A DNA stretch of 64,000 nucleotides from Candidatus Babelota bacterium (GTDB lineage: Bacteria; Babelota; Babeliae; Babelales; Vermiphilaceae). The position numbers were made by a program, and so were the translations under genes. The notes under the pieces were generated by a model that saw only the letters and a list, made by a program, of their open reading frames with translations, was not told the origin of the DNA and searched no databases. Positions 59,192 to 64,000 of this stretch are shown here, one piece after another. The stretch is from NCBI GenBank assembly GCA_049325595.1, contig JBMOLF010000009.1:1-64000 (forward strand). The letters are read 5' to 3'. Position 1 is the first letter of the stretch, and each line of letters opens with the position of its first letter.

Positions 59192-59426
59192 ATTTTAAAC
59201 AAAAGCATCCATAATTACTTCTTGCTTATTGTAAAGCGGAAATTGTTGGATTATTAATATGAAATGGTTTTTATAGTTTATTTATCATATTGTTTGTTAA
59301 TGTTTTAACTGACTGCTCAGAAAAAAATGCCGACCTATTTTGGTCGGAGTGTCTAAAATTGGCGCAAGAATATTTGATGGCTAAGTGGAAATTTTATTAA
59401 TTTTGTTTCTAAAAAAGGATTTTAAG

Positions 59427-60074
59427 ATGTTACGCATGCGCTTTTATTGTTTACTTGTAGCATTAATAAGCACTAATCTATGTATAGCCATGGAGTATGA
59501 TGATATTAATAAAACACTGGAGAGACTTTACGATACAGCGCGTAATCTTAAAAATCTTAATACGCATGACCAATTTGAATTGTTTAATGAAACATTTGAA
59601 CTTTTTAAAATGATAAAGCATGATCCTGAAATAGAATTGATCAAACAAGAACATCTAGCACATCTTGCTTTTAGAGCCGCGACAATAGCTTTTTTAGATA
59701 ATAGTGAGATTGATAGAAGTATTCCGTTGTATAGCTTTGTAGTACATTCTGATGCGCCGACTGATATTCGTTCTGCTGCTGCACTTTCTTTAGCGAACAT
59801 ATATTTACGTAAGAAAAAATTCATAGCAGCTGAATTTTATAACGCGATCGCTCAGAAAAATTGGCCTCAAGAAGAAAGTAAGGGTTTTTTATTTTTATCT
59901 AAAGCACGAGTACAGTTTGCAAAAAATAACTTGGCAAGTGCACAGTCTCATTATGAATTATGTATGCAAAATACTGATGAACCAGACATCGTAGAGAGTG
60001 CATTAGAGGAATTATCTGTTTTGAAAAAAATGAAACAAAATGATAATAAGAACTGCAAATGTATTATTCTTTAA
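59427..60074 (+). CDS. Secreted TPR-like protein with C-terminal CaaX box
   Basis: Signal ending CIA then MEYD; TPR-like helices alignable with the upstream gene; ends NCKCIIL-stop; AAGGA RBS before ATG 59427. Confidence 0.8.
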   Translation: MLRMRFYCLLVALISTNLCIAMEYDDINKTLERLYDTARNLKNLNTHDQFELFNETFELFKMIKHDPEIELIKQEHLAHLAFRAATIAFLDNSEIDRSIPLYSFVVHSDAPTDIRSAAALSLANIYLRKKKFIAAEFYNAIAQKNWPQEESKGFLFLSKARVQFAKNNLASAQSHYELCMQNTDEPDIVESALEELSVLKKMKQNDNKNCKCIIL

Positions 60075-60280
60075 AAAGCATGTTTTTTATAAAATCTCCT
60101 ATGATCTAAAGTAATTACGAAATCTAAAAACAAGAATTTTTATTTGCACAATAATAAAAAAAATGCTCATATAAATAACACATAAATATATATTGATAAA
60201 TAAGCAATCAAGTTACCAAAACTATTTATACAGGCGCCTTTTGCTTAGCAATATCATGTAATTTAAACAAGGAAGAACGT

Positions 60281-60520
60281 ATGGATGAGCAAGACAAAAA
60301 ACATACCCAAGCCTTAAAAAAAGATGCAGATCTTATTAGTTTTGACCGTTGTCGTTATTTGCATAAGCGAAAAGAAAAAGAGTTAAGAACTCGTGCCTTA
60401 ATAGGAGCATTGTTGGCAGGAATTTTTGGATTTTGGCTAGGTTATCTTGCAAGAGATAAAAACTTAACACGTTGCTTATTGCCAGGTAGTGCTCCTGCAA
60501 CTATCACTGCACCATATTGA
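60281..60520 (+). CDS. Small single-TM hypothetical protein
   Basis: AAGGAAG RBS; hydrophobic ALIGALLAGIFGFWLGYL helix. Confidence 0.6.
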   Translation: MDEQDKKHTQALKKDADLISFDRCRYLHKRKEKELRTRALIGALLAGIFGFWLGYLARDKNLTRCLLPGSAPATITAPY

Positions 60521-60528
60521 TTATTGGA

Positions 60529-61356
60529 TTAGTTCTCTCTCCACTCATAGATGGTATTGTTATGGTGCACTGCCCATACGGTGCCATCTTGAGCTACTGT
60601 AATCGCTTTAAATCCCTTGAGTGATCCTTTTAAATCCCACTTTTGAGTGGTTTTGTTCCATTTAAATGCAAATAATTGTTTAGGTGTTTCTCCTTGCAAG
60701 GACCAAATGTCTTTTGCGACTCCAGTTGCTAATTTAAAAATGCGAGGCCCAACTTGTTGTGTTAACAATCGCCATAGTTTTGTCTTAGGGTTCCATTGTT
60801 TTAATTTAATAAATAAGGTTGTTTGGCGGCCTTGTCCAATAATTTCTTTTTCTACAGCCCAAATAAAACCTGAGCTATCAACCGCGAAATCTGAAACATT
60901 AGTAAGGTCTGATAAATGCCAAATGTTTTCACTTTGCGCATTTAATATGCGAATAATGGCATTTTTTATAATGAATATATCTTGTTCATATGGTAAAAAA
61001 TTAATAATTGGCTCTTTACTCTCAAAGCGGTAAATGGAAGAAATTTGTTGATTAAAAAAAAGCAACAACTCTTGAGGATCGGCTTGAGTGAGTAAAAATA
61101 ATGAATCATCTATGGCCTGCATTTTTAAAATATCGTGCTCAAGCATTCTTGCCTTGATCCACTGTGTTCCAGTCCACGTAAAGAGTGTCGGCTTATCAAA
61201 TTCATTTATTTTAGTAAGAAGGTAGCCGGTAGTAGTTTTATAGCGGGTAATATCTTGAATAATTCCTATTACATTCTTGTTTGCATCACTTGTAACCCAA
61301 TTTCCTTGTAAGGTAAAAACACAAGAAAGAAAAGCAAGCAATTCTTTATATTTCAT
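60529..61356 (-). CDS. Secreted beta-propeller protein with tectonin-like repeats
   Basis: Signal; repeated Trp-containing blades such as FAVDSSGFIWAV and KAITVAQDGTVWAV..NTIYEW. Confidence 0.62.
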   Translation of the reverse strand: MKYKELLAFLSCVFTLQGNWVTSDANKNVIGIIQDITRYKTTTGYLLTKINEFDKPTLFTWTGTQWIKARMLEHDILKMQAIDDSLFLLTQADPQELLLFFNQQISSIYRFESKEPIINFLPYEQDIFIIKNAIIRILNAQSENIWHLSDLTNVSDFAVDSSGFIWAVEKEIIGQGRQTTLFIKLKQWNPKTKLWRLLTQQVGPRIFKLATGVAKDIWSLQGETPKQLFAFKWNKTTQKWDLKGSLKGFKAITVAQDGTVWAVHHNNTIYEWREN

Positions 61357-61508
61357 TCTTTTACTCCGTGACTATTGGTACTAATTAAGATAGTGAAGTG
61401 AAAACGAATAATACAATGATCTGATGAAAAAATTTTAAATTGAAATTATAAATTGCATATTGCTATGCTATAATTGGATATTAAATAATAAGAGGGAGGG
61501 GCGAGCTT

Positions 61509-61982
61509 ATGAATCGGATCGTATTACCAAGCTTGCTAGCAATAATTATTACGCTGGGTTGTAGTGTGATCAGTTATGCTTTGATGATTGAGTACTGCGC
61601 AAATGCCTCAAATAAAGAATTCTTTTTTGAGTTAAAAAATAAAAGTAATCAAGATGTAGAGTTTATTTTATATGTCGATTATATACCAATTACGCATTCT
61701 CGCATAAAAAAAATGAGAAGTGGCAAAACTCATTTAATTCGTATTGGGGATATTGAAGCTGAAAATTCTCTTTCTTTAAAAATATGGCCTGTTGGACAAT
61801 ATTATAAATCGCAGCATTATCAATTTCCGCTAGATAAAACGATTTATATTAAATATAAAAATAACGTGATTCAACCACAAAAGGGCTCAGCCAAAGGTAG
61901 AACTAAGTCAGGGTTGTCATTAGCTAACAATATTTCAGACAAAGACATTATGAGATGGCAGCCAACCCCGCCCAAGTTTTAA
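61509..61982 (+). CDS. Secreted hypothetical protein, 'FELxNK...PQxG...GxxLxxNV' family
   Basis: Hydrophobic N-terminus; FELKNKS, IQPQKG, TKSGLSLANNI; GGAGG RBS. Confidence 0.78.
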   Translation: MNRIVLPSLLAIIITLGCSVISYALMIEYCANASNKEFFFELKNKSNQDVEFILYVDYIPITHSRIKKMRSGKTHLIRIGDIEAENSLSLKIWPVGQYYKSQHYQFPLDKTIYIKYKNNVIQPQKGSAKGRTKSGLSLANNISDKDIMRWQPTPPKF

Positions 61983-62743
61983 GTTGCATTAGTGTTGTCA
62001 GATTGTATGGGGCCTAAGGTGCTGCCTCTTATAAATTGATAGATATAAGGATTATCACATTCCCATATGGTTTTGGCATTCCCTACATATTTAATAGTGC
62101 CTTCGTGTAACAGGGCCACATTGTCAGCATATTTGAATATTTCAGTATCATGAGAAATGGCAATTGAAGTTATGTTAAGTTTTTGTTGCATCTCATGCAT
62201 AAGCTCATGAATAACGCGGGTGGTTACTGGATCTAAGCCGGTAGTTGGCTCATCATACAAAATAACCTGTGGATTAGTTATTAAGGTGCGTGCTAGCCCA
62301 ACTCGCTTACGCATACCTCCTGAAAGCTCTGACGGATATTTGTGCAAGGTATTTTGGCTCAAATTTACTAAAGCTAATTTTTCTTTCACAATGGGTAGTA
62401 CTTCTTGGCGTGAATGACCAGCTTCAAGGAGGGTAATGGCAATATTTTCAAATACCGTTAGCGAATCAAGCAGTGCAGCAAATTGAAATACATAGCCAAA
62501 CATTTTGTAATGACTTTCTAACTGATCATCGGACAATGTTGTAATATCAATACCATTGACAATAATTGAACCAGAGGTTGGTTTTATAAGCCCAATAATT
62601 TGCTTGAGCAAAACAGATTTGCCTTCACCAGATCGCCCAATGATTACGGTCATTTGCCCAGCAGGTATGGAAAGATTTACCCCTTTAGTTATCCAATGAG
62701 AGTCAAACTTTTTTTTTAGATTCACAATTTCTATAAGGGACAT
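61979..62743 (-). CDS. mlaF: MlaF-type ABC transporter ATP-binding protein
   Basis: GRSGEGKS, FQFAALLDSL, LSGGMRKRVGLAR, YDEPTTGLDP, NPYIYQF. Confidence 0.92.
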   Translation of the reverse strand: MSLIEIVNLKKKFDSHWITKGVNLSIPAGQMTVIIGRSGEGKSVLLKQIIGLIKPTSGSIIVNGIDITTLSDDQLESHYKMFGYVFQFAALLDSLTVFENIAITLLEAGHSRQEVLPIVKEKLALVNLSQNTLHKYPSELSGGMRKRVGLARTLITNPQVILYDEPTTGLDPVTTRVIHELMHEMQQKLNITSIAISHDTEIFKYADNVALLHEGTIKYVGNAKTIWECDNPYIYQFIRGSTLGPIQSDNTNAT

Positions 62744-62763
62744 AGAATAATTCCTGCTGTTGT

Positions 62764-63543
62764 TTATAAGTGCTCAAGGAGTTTTGTAAGAAAGTAATTA
62801 CTTATTAAAATAAATATTGAAGCAACAACTACGCTTTGTGTAGTAGAAATGCCAACACCACGAGCGCCACCAGTTGTATTGTATCCTTTATAGGCACCAA
62901 CGGTTGAAAGAATGAGTCCAAAAAAAGAGGCTTTTATTAAACCGCCTTTTATGTCAGATAGCTCAACATATGTTTTTATGTTGCTTAGATAATCTTCAGG
63001 GCTTAGGTGTAAAACATATACACATAAAAAATAACCACCCATAATACCACAAATCATGCTAAAAACAGCCAAAAAGGGTAGAGCAACCGTTCCTGCCAAA
63101 ATTCGCGGTACAATGAGATATTGAAAAGGATTAATGCGTAAGGTAATAAGTGCATCAATTTGCTCGGTAATGCTCATGGTGCCAAGCTCGGCTGCAATTG
63201 CTGATCCAGCGCGACCAGTTACCATTAAACCCGTAAGAACCGGTCCAAGTTCTCGGATCATACCAAGAGCTACTACCGCACCAATAAACTGTTCGCCACC
63301 TACCCGTTGAAAGCCGATATAGCTTTGAAGTGCAAATACCATGCCACTAAATGTGCCTGTTAACACCACGATATAAAATGAATCAACGCCAATGCGATTA
63401 ACTTGTTCAAAAAACTTGTGCCATTTAAGCTGCGTAGTGAACAAAACCTTGATGCTTTTTATAAAAAAAAGTGTAAAGGTGCCGATGACGGTACACAAAG
63501 ATAATGTGCGTGCTCCCACGTTTTGTATTAAGCCATTAATCAC
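62764..63543 (-). CDS. mlaE: MlaE-type ABC transporter permease
   Basis: RELGPVLTGLMVTGRAGSAIAAELGTM..TEQIDAL, PR, GGARGVG.STT. Confidence 0.95.
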   Translation of the reverse strand: MINGLIQNVGARTLSLCTVIGTFTLFFIKSIKVLFTTQLKWHKFFEQVNRIGVDSFYIVVLTGTFSGMVFALQSYIGFQRVGGEQFIGAVVALGMIRELGPVLTGLMVTGRAGSAIAAELGTMSITEQIDALITLRINPFQYLIVPRILAGTVALPFLAVFSMICGIMGGYFLCVYVLHLSPEDYLSNIKTYVELSDIKGGLIKASFFGLILSTVGAYKGYNTTGGARGVGISTTQSVVVASIFILISNYFLTKLLEHL

Positions 63544-63581
63544 GCAAGCCCTTGTTGTTGGTAGCTTTAAAAAAATGTTTT

Positions 63582-63890
63582 TTATTCTTGGCTTGTTCCT
63601 GGAACAGCTGGTGCTGATTGGGTAGTTAGTGGGCGTACTGAGCGAGTATACGTTTCAAGTTGGGAAGATTTCATAACGGCCAATAGCAATGACCCAGCCA
63701 TAAAAATTGCCCCAAGAATCCAGGTAATTTTTTGGAAAATATCTTGTCCGCCAGAGCCACCAAAAAGCATTTGAGCGCCACCGCCAAGGTTGCCAAGGCC
63801 CATATTGCCTTTTCCTTGTTGGATAAGAATAAGCAGTACGAGTAAAAATGAGTTGAATATAAAGAAAGTTACTAACATGCCATATAACAC
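63582..63890 (-). CDS. secG: Preprotein translocase subunit SecG
   Basis: Two TMs, ILIQQGKG..LGGG..LFG..KITW; GTG start with AAGGAG RBS. Confidence 0.93.
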   Translation of the reverse strand: MLYGMLVTFFIFNSFLLVLLILIQQGKGNMGLGNLGGGAQMLFGGSGGQDIFQKITWILGAIFMAGSLLLAVMKSSQLETYTRSVRPLTTQSAPAVPGTSQE

Positions 63891-64000
63891 GGAAGATCTC
63901 CTTGCATTATTGTTTGTCTATTATACATGAGCGTACTATTTTTTTAAATTTTTGAGAATCAAGACTTGCGCCACCAACCAATAATCCCGATAGATTTGAT

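Noticed and set aside
291..63625. Numerous 60-170 aa ORFs antisense or out of frame within recognised genes (e.g. 291-581, 2577-2942, 25870-26250, 47446-47946, 60647-61033)
   Set aside because: Overlap well-supported genes and have no recognisable motifs; typical shadow ORFs

Overview
AT-rich bacterial chromosome segment, mostly housekeeping genes (gatB, rng, mnmE, ruvA, valS, tyrS, ftsQAZ, nusA-infB, nfo, aspS, eno, dcd, mlaEF, secG, tRNA-Gly) interspersed with many lineage-specific signal-peptide proteins. Gene content and style suggest a protist-associated intracellular bacterium, most likely Candidatus Dependentiae/Babelota (TM6); this is inference, not a database result. Main observations: (1) a probable replication origin at about 35.0-35.3 kb, built from two oppositely oriented arrays of four DnaA boxes at 11-bp spacing, mostly the variant TTATCCACC, with no dnaA nearby; (2) a plasmid-style ParA plus ribbon-helix-helix module with an upstream 15-bp inverted repeat 9 kb from that origin; (3) a tightly coupled type II secretion operon with two paralogous secretins (gspC-D1-L-M-D2); (4) Sec-signal proteins whose predicted mature chains restart at Met-Glu/Asp, including a TPR protein ending in a CaaX prenylation box (CKCIIL) and a Josephin/papain-like Cys-His-Asp protease candidate, together suggesting a Sec+T2SS host-effector system; (5) tandem alanine racemase paralogues with altered substrate-pocket residues, a catalytically degenerate site-2 protease, a signal-peptide sHSP-like protein and two families of small secreted paralogues. 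No CRISPR array, IS element, prophage or rRNA was seen.
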